This document shows, one piece after another, positions 9,278 through 17,857 of a stretch of DNA of 42,266 nucleotides. The translations under genes were made by a program, and so were the position numbers. The notes beneath the pieces are model-generated. The model did not search any database and was not told the DNA's origin. It saw nothing but the letters and a program-made list of their open reading frames with translations. The stretch covers positions 1 through 42,266 of the forward strand of contig JBDQPD010000019.1 of the NCBI GenBank assembly GCA_040260805.1, written 5' to 3'. Every line of letters starts with the position of its first letter. The stretch's first letter is position 1. Source of the DNA: Myxococcota bacterium (GTDB taxonomy: Bacteria; Myxococcota; UBA4151).

Positions 9278-10800
9278 AAAAAACACTCCTCTTGACCCTG
9301 ATCCTTGCGCTGACTGGATGCGCAGGAGCGCTCCTTCCGCCGGTCACCGGGGGATGGCTGGTCGCAGGACCTGAGTCGCAGGTGGTCCTCGAGCGACGGC
9401 TCGACCTTAAGTTCATCGATCAGGGAGACGCGTTGCGCGCCGACTATCGTGAAACTCGTTTAGTGCGTCAGCCCACGACCGTTACCCTCAGAGTACCCAC
9501 TGGCCCCGAGCAGCGCATTGAGGCGATCGCAGTCGACTGGCGCACCCTGAATGGGCCGATTAATCGGCTCACCATCGATGACTTTGCGCCCATTGACCGG
9601 ACAGACAAACCCTTAGCTGCCGGCAAAAGCCCTGCGTTTTACGCTCATCGATTAAAGCTCCCTGCTGGGAGCTTATTGCGCTGGCGATGGCTCGCCCATC
9701 ATCAACGCCCGAGCTTTCCGCCGGTGCTTGACCTGTCAGGCCCCTTCCCTGTGAACAAAGCGGAGCTACGGATCGCCGGAAGCGGTGCGGCTTTGATTGA
9801 CCTCAAGACGAGCGCACTATCGGGAGGGATCGTATCGAGTGAGTCGATGCTGGTCGGGACCTGGAAGAACCTTCAACCGGCGACGGCGCATCCCTATGCG
9901 CCGGGCCGCTTGGGTCGACGGATGGCGTATGCGGTTTGGAAACAACCGAAACATCCAGGGTTGGTTGAGCGGTTGGTCCAAAACAAACAGGCGGATTATC
10001 AGCTAAGAGCCCTCCCTGGCGTGATCGCTAAGGAGCGCGCTATTCCCTGTTTATTGCGTTATCTAGGAGCCGATGACCTGCGCCCTAATGAGGTGGTCAT
10101 GAGCACCGCAAGCCAGCGAGCAGAGGGTGGTTATGATCTGCATCTGCCCGGCGCTTACCGGCGCCCTTTTAAGGACTGCACCCTCATCCAACCGGGTGCG
10201 ACGGCGCGTATACCCGTGGTCCATGAGTCGGGCACGCGCTTGCTTAGAATTCGAACCTCTGTGGATACAGACGGCGTAATTGAAGGTCGTGGACAACTCA
10301 TATTTTCGGGCGTCGGAGCCCGGCTGGTGCGTCAAGGAAGTATCGATATGCAGCAGGTCTTAGCGGGTTTGGTGGCTCCAATGAACGCTCGAGTCGGCAT
10401 CGGAACACCCCAAGTCAGCGGGACAGGGCCAGTTCATCTACCCTTCAAAATCAGCTTCCGGGCGAACCAGCTCGACCCAACGAGCTGGCTAGGGACACCG
10501 CTTCCCGAGCTCGGCTACCTCAGATCAAGAAATGCTTTTGGTCCGAGCGTCGAGCAGCGCCGAGTGGAGTGGGTTTTCGACTGGCCCTCAGGCGTACGAC
10601 CGCCACCGCCCACGCGCATGGCAAGCGCCAGCTCAGGACCATTGCAGGCCTCGCTCACGTGGAGCTTAGGGCCGCAAAGAACGCTCCGCTTTGTTCGCTC
10701 GACGGAGTGGCAAAAGCGCAGCGCTCAAATCGAACCTGAGCTGCTCAGGTCAAGCTTAAATAGCCTGCGTATTCCCGCCCTCCCTTTACCGACAAACTAG
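9274..10800 (+). CDS. Lipoprotein, DUF3857/transglutaminase-like architecture (degenerate)
   Basis: Lipoprotein signal MKKTLLLTLILALTG-C. ATGA overlap with the kinase stop. Segments LPAGSLLRWRW, PFPVNKAELRI and TSVDTDGVIEGRGQLIFSG resemble DUF3857/DUF3858 strands. Confidence 0.6.
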   Translation: MKKTLLLTLILALTGCAGALLPPVTGGWLVAGPESQVVLERRLDLKFIDQGDALRADYRETRLVRQPTTVTLRVPTGPEQRIEAIAVDWRTLNGPINRLTIDDFAPIDRTDKPLAAGKSPAFYAHRLKLPAGSLLRWRWLAHHQRPSFPPVLDLSGPFPVNKAELRIAGSGAALIDLKTSALSGGIVSSESMLVGTWKNLQPATAHPYAPGRLGRRMAYAVWKQPKHPGLVERLVQNKQADYQLRALPGVIAKERAIPCLLRYLGADDLRPNEVVMSTASQRAEGGYDLHLPGAYRRPFKDCTLIQPGATARIPVVHESGTRLLRIRTSVDTDGVIEGRGQLIFSGVGARLVRQGSIDMQQVLAGLVAPMNARVGIGTPQVSGTGPVHLPFKISFRANQLDPTSWLGTPLPELGYLRSRNAFGPSVEQRRVEWVFDWPSGVRPPPPTRMASASSGPLQASLTWSLGPQRTLRFVRSTEWQKRSAQIEPELLRSSLNSLRIPALPLPTN

Positions 10801-10821
10801 AATGGGTGCACCGATTTCGCC

Positions 10822-11685
10822 ATGAAGATACTCGACGGAAAATCGTTCGCTTTGAAGCGCCGAGCGGCGCTCACAAAGTGGGTTGCAACGCATCGTGAAT
10901 CAGCGGGACGACCTCCTGGGTTGACGGTTTTGTTAGCGGGAGATGACCCAGCGAGCGCGACCTATGTACGCAGCAAAGAAAAGGCGGCTGCAAAGGCGGG
11001 TATCAAGGGTGAGATCCAGCGCTTGCCGAGCTCGATCAGCGAGAACGAATTGCTGGCGCGGATCGAGGCGCTCAATGCCGACCCAGCGGTCGATGGAATC
11101 CTCGTGCAGCTTCCCTTGCCGGGCGGGCTCGATGAGAACGCTGTTTTGGACGCGATCGATCCCACTAAAGATGTCGATGGATTTCATCCAAGCAACAGCG
11201 GCGCCTTGTGGCAACAGCGCGGAAGCGTGGCGCCCTGCACCCCACTGGGAATTATGCATCTTCTGGATGCCCATGAGCTTGAGCTCAGCGGCGCTCATGC
11301 GGTGGTCATTGGTCGATCCAACATCGTCGGCCGGCCCATGGCTGAGCTGCTCCTGCAACGCCACGCCACGGTCACGATAGCCCACAGCCGCACGAGAGAC
11401 CTGCAGGGTTTACTCGCCACCGCTGACGTGGTCGTCGCGGCCGTGGGTCGCCCCGAGTTCGTTAAACCTGAATGGCTCAAGCCGGGCGTCGTGTGCGTCG
11501 ACGTGGGCATTAATCGTACCGACCAAGGTTTAGTGGGCGACTTCCAATGGGAAGGGCTCGATCAAGTCGCGCAAGCGGCGACACCGGTTCCCGGTGGTGT
11601 CGGGCCGATGACCATCGCGACGCTTCTGCACAACACGGTGTGCGCTTGGTCCAGGCACACTGGCTTACCGAGTCAGCCGGAATAG
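10822..11685 (+). CDS. folD: Bifunctional methylenetetrahydrofolate dehydrogenase/cyclohydrolase
   Basis: ILDGK, DDPASATYVRSK, DGILVQLPLP, KDVDGFHP, PCTPLGI, GRSNIVGRP, DVGINR and TPVPGGVGPMTIA motifs. Confidence 0.97.
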   Translation: MKILDGKSFALKRRAALTKWVATHRESAGRPPGLTVLLAGDDPASATYVRSKEKAAAKAGIKGEIQRLPSSISENELLARIEALNADPAVDGILVQLPLPGGLDENAVLDAIDPTKDVDGFHPSNSGALWQQRGSVAPCTPLGIMHLLDAHELELSGAHAVVIGRSNIVGRPMAELLLQRHATVTIAHSRTRDLQGLLATADVVVAAVGRPEFVKPEWLKPGVVCVDVGINRTDQGLVGDFQWEGLDQVAQAATPVPGGVGPMTIATLLHNTVCAWSRHTGLPSQPE

Positions 11686-11692
11686 TCAGCAG

Positions 11693-12691
11693 ATGACACC
11701 GCTCGGCTTTCTCTCCCATCTTGCGGTCGTCATCCTCCTGCTTCCCCTCGCGCTTCGGCTCTTGGGTACCTATGCCATCCTCAGTGGTCCCTGGAGCCTA
11801 ATAGCCGGCGTCTTAGGGCCTGTTCTCGGTCTGCTCGCTGCTGCGATCGCAACCACCTTAGCGGTCAGACGCAAGCCGCACAGGGTCATGTTTGTCGGTA
11901 TCGCTATGGTCAATCTAGGCCTCGCTATCGAGGATCTACGTTGGTCCTTTGATGACCCAGAGCAAGCGGTTCCGGTGATGACCTGGAACGTCGCACTCGG
12001 CTATTCTGAGCAGCATCGATGTGTTCAAAAGGTGATCGCTGAGCACGAACCTAAAATCGTAGCGCTGCAGGAGATCCGGCAAGAGGGGTTAGAGAGCGTC
12101 GCTAGGGCGCTGGACATGCGCTGCACATGGGCTGGCTACTTCCCTCAACCAGGCAGTAACGGGTTAGGGTTATGCGTTCCTAAAGCCTGGGAGATCCACC
12201 TCGCGCAGCAGCGTCGGTTCACGAGTCACACCCAATACGCCTATCTTTTTGCCGAGATTCGACCCGTTCAAGGGTCAGCATTTAACGTGATGAATGTACA
12301 CCTTCAAAGCCCAGAGCTTAGCCGGCAACAAAAAGGAAAACGAAGCGCCCCGAGCATACTTGGGCATACGACGGCGCGACAGATCTGGCAGTTGTTCGAG
12401 GTGCTGCGCGTGGCTCAGGGCTTGGACGATCCGCTGCTCATCGCTGGTGATTTCAACTCAACACCCAACACATGGGTTCATGGTCAAATGCGAGACCGGT
12501 TCACAGACGCACACAGACGGCGTGGAAGAGGCGCTGGAACGAGCCGGTGGATCGGCGACATCTTACCGGTGCGTATCGACTACCTTTACGCCTCAAAGCA
12601 TCTGGATTGGCGGGGCGTTACCCGTTCGCTTGATTCGGGGGCCTGCTCGGACCATCAACCGGTGATGGGGTGGCTTAATCCACCGGGCTGA
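11693..12691 (+). CDS. Membrane-anchored endonuclease/exonuclease/phosphatase (EEP) family protein
   Basis: Three N-terminal hydrophobic helices, then VMTWNV, ALQEI, NVHL, AGDFNSTP, RIDYLY and SDHQPV catalytic motifs. Confidence 0.9.
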   Translation: MTPLGFLSHLAVVILLLPLALRLLGTYAILSGPWSLIAGVLGPVLGLLAAAIATTLAVRRKPHRVMFVGIAMVNLGLAIEDLRWSFDDPEQAVPVMTWNVALGYSEQHRCVQKVIAEHEPKIVALQEIRQEGLESVARALDMRCTWAGYFPQPGSNGLGLCVPKAWEIHLAQQRRFTSHTQYAYLFAEIRPVQGSAFNVMNVHLQSPELSRQQKGKRSAPSILGHTTARQIWQLFEVLRVAQGLDDPLLIAGDFNSTPNTWVHGQMRDRFTDAHRRRGRGAGTSRWIGDILPVRIDYLYASKHLDWRGVTRSLDSGACSDHQPVMGWLNPPG

Positions 12692-13397
12692 GGTGGCGCT
12701 CGACCTCTGGATCAAGGGCTTGGTGGGCGGCCAGACTCAAGGTTAGGTGGCGATACAGCTCAGCCAATGGACCCAGCTCCGCCAGATGCGCTCGTATCGT
12801 CTCAAGATCGCCTCGAACAGCCGGACCTGTCAGCCCCTTGCCTTGGAGGCCTTGCTCGACCGCTCCGGAGCCTAGACGAGTGACCGCCGTGCGGGCTTGA
12901 TCAGAGGTCATCCCCGCCGATTCCATCAACCGCTGAGCGTGCAAGGCGACCGAGGCGCTCAACCCTGCGGCAAAGCAACAGGCAGCGTGGATCATCACCG
13001 CATGCTCTTCATCGATTCGGACCGGCTCTCCAGCCCAAGCGCGTGTCTCAGCCTCGAGCCAACTGACGAGCTCAGGGTCGCCGCGCAATCCCACCACGGC
13101 GCCGTGCAGATCGGCGGCAATTTCACAGGAGCGAGGAAAGGCACGCATCGGATGCCAAACCGCTGCACCCCCCGCGCCCAGATCAGCCAATGATTTCGCG
13201 CCGCTGCAATGCACCAGCGCCCACTCTCCTTGATCGCGCAACTCGCTTGCGAGGTGCGCAATGGCGTCATCGGGCACAGCTAAGAAGACAACCTCGGTTT
13301 GGTGTGCCGGTAAGACGCCCCGATCCAATGGCTCAACGCCGAATCGCTGGGCGAGAAACTGACCGACCGGTCCGTTGCCGATTATTGCGGTGCGCAC
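12675..13397 (-). CDS. Rossmann-like/DUF2520 oxidoreductase (PanG-like family)
   Basis: IIGNGPVG nucleotide-binding motif, FLAVPDDAI, VHCSGA, WHPMRAF, and the DUF2520 signature LTGPAVRGDLETIRAHL. Confidence 0.85.
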   Translation of the reverse strand: MRTAIIGNGPVGQFLAQRFGVEPLDRGVLPAHQTEVVFLAVPDDAIAHLASELRDQGEWALVHCSGAKSLADLGAGGAAVWHPMRAFPRSCEIAADLHGAVVGLRGDPELVSWLEAETRAWAGEPVRIDEEHAVMIHAACCFAAGLSASVALHAQRLMESAGMTSDQARTAVTRLGSGAVEQGLQGKGLTGPAVRGDLETIRAHLAELGPLAELYRHLTLSLAAHQALDPEVERHLSPVD

Positions 13398-15742
13398 GAC
13401 ACCTTCAGTCCATCGCTTTGGGCAATCAAATCCGCTTGATCACCCGCTTTAAGGTCTCCCCGTAAAACAGACTCTGCGAGCAAGCCCTCGACACTTCGCT
13501 GGATCAAACGACGCATCGGTCGGGCGCCGTCTTCGGGTGTAAAGCCCTCACGCACGAGCCATTCAATGACCTGAGCATCAGCAGAGATCTTAATATGGCG
13601 CTCTTGCTCAAGCCGCTCCAGCGATGACGCCAAAAGCCGCTCAGCGATCTGAGTCGCCTCCGGTCGCGTGAGCATAGGAAAGGCGAGGACCTCATCGATC
13701 CGACCCATCAGCTCTGGGGGCATCGCTGCTTTAGCAGCTTCAACCAGAGCCGAGCTCTGGATCGACTCACTCGCTTCACTAGCCCCGCCAAACCCAATCC
13801 GGCGTTCGGTTGAACGAATTGCGCCCAGATTGGAGGTCAGAATCACTAAGCAGTGGCGGAAGCTCACTCGCAAACCGCGCCCGTCGCTGACACGCCCCTC
13901 ATCGAGGAGAGCCAGCAAAACCTGCTGTACGTCTGGGTGAGCCTTTTCGATCTCATCAAAGAGCAAAACTCGGTAAGGCTTACGCCGCACCGCCTCGGTG
14001 AGTTGTCCGCCCTCTTCGTGCCCTACATAGCCTGGAGGAGCGCCGATCAAACGAGCCACTGCATGACTCTCGGTGAACTCGCCCATGTCGAAACGCAGCA
14101 TATCGTCGCTGCTTCCAAACAGCACATCGCTCAGCGCTCGAGCCACTTCGGTTTTACCAACCCCAGTAGGGCCCAGCAGCAAGAAGGAACCGATCGGTCG
14201 GCGGCCGCCAAAGCCGGCTTGGTTACGCCGGAGGGTTTGGCTGATGCTGGCGATGGCTTGCTCTCGCCCGACCACGCGCTCAGCGAGCAAGGACTCGAGA
14301 TTTAACAACCGCTCTTCATCACCGCCATCGATTCGCTCCACCGGCATGCGCACAGCCTCAGCGACGACTTCAGCGACAGCTCTTGGGCTGACCTCAAGCT
14401 CACCTTTGCGAGCCGAGCGAGAGGCTGCGAGATCCAGAACATCAAAAGCTTTCGCGGGAAGGGCGCCTTCGCTCATGTAGCGATGACTCAAGCGAACCGC
14501 CGCGGCGACGGTCGCCTCGTGAAAGGTGCAGCCATGATGACTCTCATAAGCGGGCAGACTGCCGGTGATCATCACCTCAGCCTCTTCGGGCTCAGGCTCG
14601 GCGAGGACGATCGGCGTAAAGCGGCGCGCGAGAGCGGCGTCCTTAGCAATATGTCGCTGATACTCCTCCTCGGTCGTGGCTCCAATGCACGGCAGCTCAC
14701 CACGCGCTAGAGCACTTTTGAGCTCATCGGCGGCGCCGTTTCCGCCGCCACCCTCTGAGCCGCTGCCCATCAGGCTGTGCAGCTCATCGATGAACAAGAC
14801 GGTGCCGCCCGCTGCGACCTCACGTCGAAGGCTCGATAAACGCTCGGATAAGGACCCACGCAGGGCGGTGCCAGCGAGTAAAGCGCCGACCTCAAGCGCA
14901 AGCAGGCGCGTCTCGTTGAGCGGTCCCGCTTCGCCCGCAGCGATCGCTAGAGCTAAGCCCTCAACGAGGGCTGTTTTACCGACACCGGACGGGCCGATGA
15001 TCAACGGGTTGTTGGCTTGCCGCTTACCTAAAACGTCGAGCGTCTTTGCGAGCTCTACATCACGGCCCACGACAGGGCTCAGGGCGCCCCCTTTGGCTTG
15101 AGCGATCAAATCGACACACAGACTATCGAGGGTGGGCGTTGAGGACATCACCATATGCGGCAAAAGGGTGGCTGGCTCGAGTGGATCAAGGTGCATTGGA
15201 GCAAGGGTCGCCGTGCCCACGGCTTCTGGTGCGCGGCTAACGCCTTGCGGTGGTCGGCTGTTCTGAGCCCGCTTAGCGCTCTTCGACCCCGAGCGAGCGG
15301 TCAGATCATGGCGGTGTTTAGCGAGCAACTTGTGACAGCGCTGGCGTAGCTTTCTAAGCTCGAGGTGACGCTCTTGAACGGCGCGCTCGAGGGCGATGCG
15401 CGCTCGGCCTTCAGTGTCCGAGATCAGCGCCAGCAAGAGGTGATAAGAATTGGTCCAAGCGTCACCGAGGCGCTCCGCCTCAAGCGTCGCCTCATGACGC
15501 AACTTCGTCGCAATCCCACTCGGCTCAATCCAAGCTTTTGGAAAGACATCCAACAAAAGATCTTCTTCGATCCCGTGGGCTCTGAGAAAGTCTCCGGTTG
15601 GATTTGGCGTCGTATAGAGCGCCATCAGCAAATAAAAGCTTTGCGGCTCAGAGCGACGACCGACTTCGGAGCAAAGACGAGCGGCTTCTTGATAGACACT
15701 AACGAGCGTACTGGATTCGGGCACAGGTTTCTCCCAAGACAT
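13382..15742 (-). CDS. ATP-dependent Clp protease ATP-binding subunit (ClpA/ClpC class, no middle coiled coil)
   Basis: Clp N-domain repeats. NBD1 GPSGVGKT and LFIDELH; NBD2 GPTGVGKT, GAPPGYVGHEEGG and LFDEIEKAHPD. ClpP-docking IGF loop (RRIGFGG) and GARPMRR sensor. Confidence 0.93.
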   Translation of the reverse strand: MSWEKPVPESSTLVSVYQEAARLCSEVGRRSEPQSFYLLMALYTTPNPTGDFLRAHGIEEDLLLDVFPKAWIEPSGIATKLRHEATLEAERLGDAWTNSYHLLLALISDTEGRARIALERAVQERHLELRKLRQRCHKLLAKHRHDLTARSGSKSAKRAQNSRPPQGVSRAPEAVGTATLAPMHLDPLEPATLLPHMVMSSTPTLDSLCVDLIAQAKGGALSPVVGRDVELAKTLDVLGKRQANNPLIIGPSGVGKTALVEGLALAIAAGEAGPLNETRLLALEVGALLAGTALRGSLSERLSSLRREVAAGGTVLFIDELHSLMGSGSEGGGGNGAADELKSALARGELPCIGATTEEEYQRHIAKDAALARRFTPIVLAEPEPEEAEVMITGSLPAYESHHGCTFHEATVAAAVRLSHRYMSEGALPAKAFDVLDLAASRSARKGELEVSPRAVAEVVAEAVRMPVERIDGGDEERLLNLESLLAERVVGREQAIASISQTLRRNQAGFGGRRPIGSFLLLGPTGVGKTEVARALSDVLFGSSDDMLRFDMGEFTESHAVARLIGAPPGYVGHEEGGQLTEAVRRKPYRVLLFDEIEKAHPDVQQVLLALLDEGRVSDGRGLRVSFRHCLVILTSNLGAIRSTERRIGFGGASEASESIQSSALVEAAKAAMPPELMGRIDEVLAFPMLTRPEATQIAERLLASSLERLEQERHIKISADAQVIEWLVREGFTPEDGARPMRRLIQRSVEGLLAESVLRGDLKAGDQADLIAQSDGLKVSCAPQ

Positions 15743-15769
15743 AACAAAAGAACCCTTAAGGGTTCCTTC
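15743..15769 (-). promoter_or_regulatory. Hairpin plus U-tract abutting the Clp ATPase start codon (terminator, RBS-occluding stem or operator)
   Basis: Perfect 16-bp palindrome GAACCCTTAAGGGTTC (15750-15765), followed on the - strand by TTTTGTT and then ATG. Confidence 0.5.
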
Positions 15770-15799
15770 GTCACATCTCGGGAATGAGATTAGATTGGG

Positions 15800-17776
15800 T
15801 TACTGAGGCTCACACTGACCGACGGTGCGACTGCGCCATGAAGGCACCGCAACGCATGACCATCCGTTCGGGCACTCTTGCGGATCGTAGGTGCCACCGA
15901 TGCGGCAGACTTTGGTGCAATGCCCCGCAGCATCGCCCTCTTCAGCGCAATAAGCCGAGATCCAGTCGCCTTCGATTCGATCGCAAGTCGACGAGTCCTC
16001 GCAGGGGTCGCCAACATGAAGAACAGCCTCACATGAGCTCGCCTGACGCGGCCGGATGTACCATTGATTGCCCAGGTAATTGACCGGCTGGCAGACGCCA
16101 TCAGCGCATCGGGTCCCACCAATGCAGTCGCCGCCATCTTCACAGCGGTTCAGGCATCGATTGCGTGGCGTATCACGTCCTACGCTGCGGCAAACCATAC
16201 CACCAGCGCACGGTGTTTGGTCATTACAGGCTTCGCAGAACAAGGCACCGTTGGCACCATCAACGCAGACCCCGCGCTGGATGTCGCAGCGTTGGTTTTG
16301 ACCACAGTCCCCGTCAGCGGCGCAGCCCACGCAACCCCGCTCCTCGGAGCAGACACGACCGGGTCCGCATTGCGCGTTGTTCTCACATTGCAGGCACTGC
16401 AGCGTCTGACGATCACACAGCTGCCCCACCGCACAATCGCTTTCTTGCAAACACTCAACGCATTGGTTGTTGAGACGGTCGCAAACCTGACCACCCGGAC
16501 AGCGGAAACCGTTTTGTTGGTTGCACTGGTAACGGCACTGATTTTGAATGCAAGCATAGCCTCGCTGACACGCTTCATTGTTACGGCAGCCCTCGACGCA
16601 CTCCGTGTCGATGCAGATACGACCGTTACCGCAGTTGGTGTCCTCGGTGCAGCCATCTTCACAAAACCCGACGTTGTCTCCTTGAGCTATTTCGCAGTGC
16701 TGTCCCAGATCACACTGTGCCGAGTTGCGGCATTGATTGCGGCAAGCACCCCCAACGCATGCATGATTGACCGGGCACTCAGCGTCGACGCGGCAGCCCT
16801 CTTGGCAGCTGTTGTCAATGCAAGCCTGTCCTTCAACACATTCGTCGTTGACGCGGCAGCCTGCAGCGCATTGGTTCTCGTCACTGCAATACTGCCCTTG
16901 GGGGCAGCCTTCGTCGTTTCTGCAGCCAGGAATACAGCGACCATCATCGGTGCAGACTTGACCGACGTCGCAGAACTCATTCCCGCGGCAACCCTCAGCG
17001 CATTGTCCCTCTCGGCAGACTTCACCTTCGGGACAGCGAGCGGTTTCGATGCAACCTGCTTGGCAGCTGCTGTCGACACAGATCTGACCTAAGCCGCACG
17101 CTTCGTTGCTTCGACAGCCCGCCTGACAGCGAGTCTCGTTGCAGATCTGGCGGTCGGCGCAGGCGTCGTCCGCCCGGCAACCCACCCGGCAGACCTCTTC
17201 ATCGCAGATATGCGCTTCAGGACATCCCTCATCGCTTCGGCAACCCGAGCGACAGATATCATCACGGCAGATCTGCCCCGCAGGACAGGCGCCATCGCCG
17301 CGGCAGTCATTCACGCAGCGATTGTCGCTACAGATCTGAGTTCCTTCGCACGCCTCATCACTGCGACAGCCCGGCACGCAAAGCTGCTCCAAACAAATCA
17401 CCCCGTCGCCGCAGGCTTCATCATTTCGGCAGCCTTCAATACAGCGACCGTTGGCATCGCAGATGTTGCCCTCCGGACACCCTGAATCATCGAGGCATTG
17501 ATCCACGCAGCGTGAATCAAGGCAGTACTGCCCTCGCGGGCAATTGATATCACTCAAGCAGTCCTGAGCCTGCGGACCGGCGTCTTCTGCGACCGGCTCA
17601 GCGGCATCCACCACCTCGGAACCTGCGTCCACGCTAACCGGCGGCGAACCAGAGTCTGAGTTGGCTGCGGCGTCAGCGGACGACTCGCCCCCATCACCAC
17701 CCACCGCCGGTGCATTGACCGTCGGCGCGCAGGAAGCAAAAATACAAACAATCAGTGAAAGACAGGCTGTACGCAT
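15800..17776 (-). CDS. Cysteine-rich tandem-repeat lipoprotein (~100 Cys)
   Basis: Signal MRTACLSLIVCIFAS-C with SD GAGGAG upstream. Acidic D-[AS]-[AG] linker, 20 four-Cys repeats and a Cys-rich C-terminal head. Confidence 0.88.
   Translation of the reverse strand: MRTACLSLIVCIFASCAPTVNAPAVGGDGGESSADAAANSDSGSPPVSVDAGSEVVDAAEPVAEDAGPQAQDCLSDINCPRGQYCLDSRCVDQCLDDSGCPEGNICDANGRCIEGCRNDEACGDGVICLEQLCVPGCRSDEACEGTQICSDNRCVNDCRGDGACPAGQICRDDICRSGCRSDEGCPEAHICDEEVCRVGCRADDACADRQICNETRCQAGCRSNEACGLGQICVDSSCQAGCIETARCPEGEVCREGQCAEGCRGNEFCDVGQVCTDDGRCIPGCRNDEGCPQGQYCSDENQCAAGCRVNDECVEGQACIDNSCQEGCRVDAECPVNHACVGGACRNQCRNSAQCDLGQHCEIAQGDNVGFCEDGCTEDTNCGNGRICIDTECVEGCRNNEACQRGYACIQNQCRYQCNQQNGFRCPGGQVCDRLNNQCVECLQESDCAVGQLCDRQTLQCLQCENNAQCGPGRVCSEERGCVGCAADGDCGQNQRCDIQRGVCVDGANGALFCEACNDQTPCAGGMVCRSVGRDTPRNRCLNRCEDGGDCIGGTRCADGVCQPVNYLGNQWYIRPRQASSCEAVLHVGDPCEDSSTCDRIEGDWISAYCAEEGDAAGHCTKVCRIGGTYDPQECPNGWSCVAVPSWRSRTVGQCEPQ
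16256..17560 (-). repeat. Coding tandem repeat: 20 units of about 21 aa (C-x5-C-x5-C-x4/6-C-x2/3)
   Basis: Units such as CRNDEACGDGVICLEQLCVPG, CRSDEACEGTQICSDNRCVND and CRSNEACGLGQICVDSSCQAG, counted by eye. Diverged at the nucleotide level. Confidence 0.9.
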
Positions 17777-17857
17777 AGCGTGGACTCCTCAAAGCATCAT
17801 GATATTAGCTGAAGTGCCTGTCCACCGCTACTCACGGCAACACCTCAAATCTAATCG

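Noticed and set aside
5198..12691. Genomic island integrated at tRNA-Gly
   Set aside because: No integrase, no duplicated tRNA 3' end noticed, no obvious compositional shift, and housekeeping folD lies within the block.
16064..17092. 342-aa Ala/Thr-rich ORF on the + strand
   Set aside because: Antisense shadow of the Cys-repeat gene (TGC read as GCA). No independent signals.
17286..17306. RGD tripeptide in a Cys-bounded loop (CRGDGAC)
   Set aside because: The repeat consensus is C-R-x-D, so one RGD among 20 units is expected by chance.
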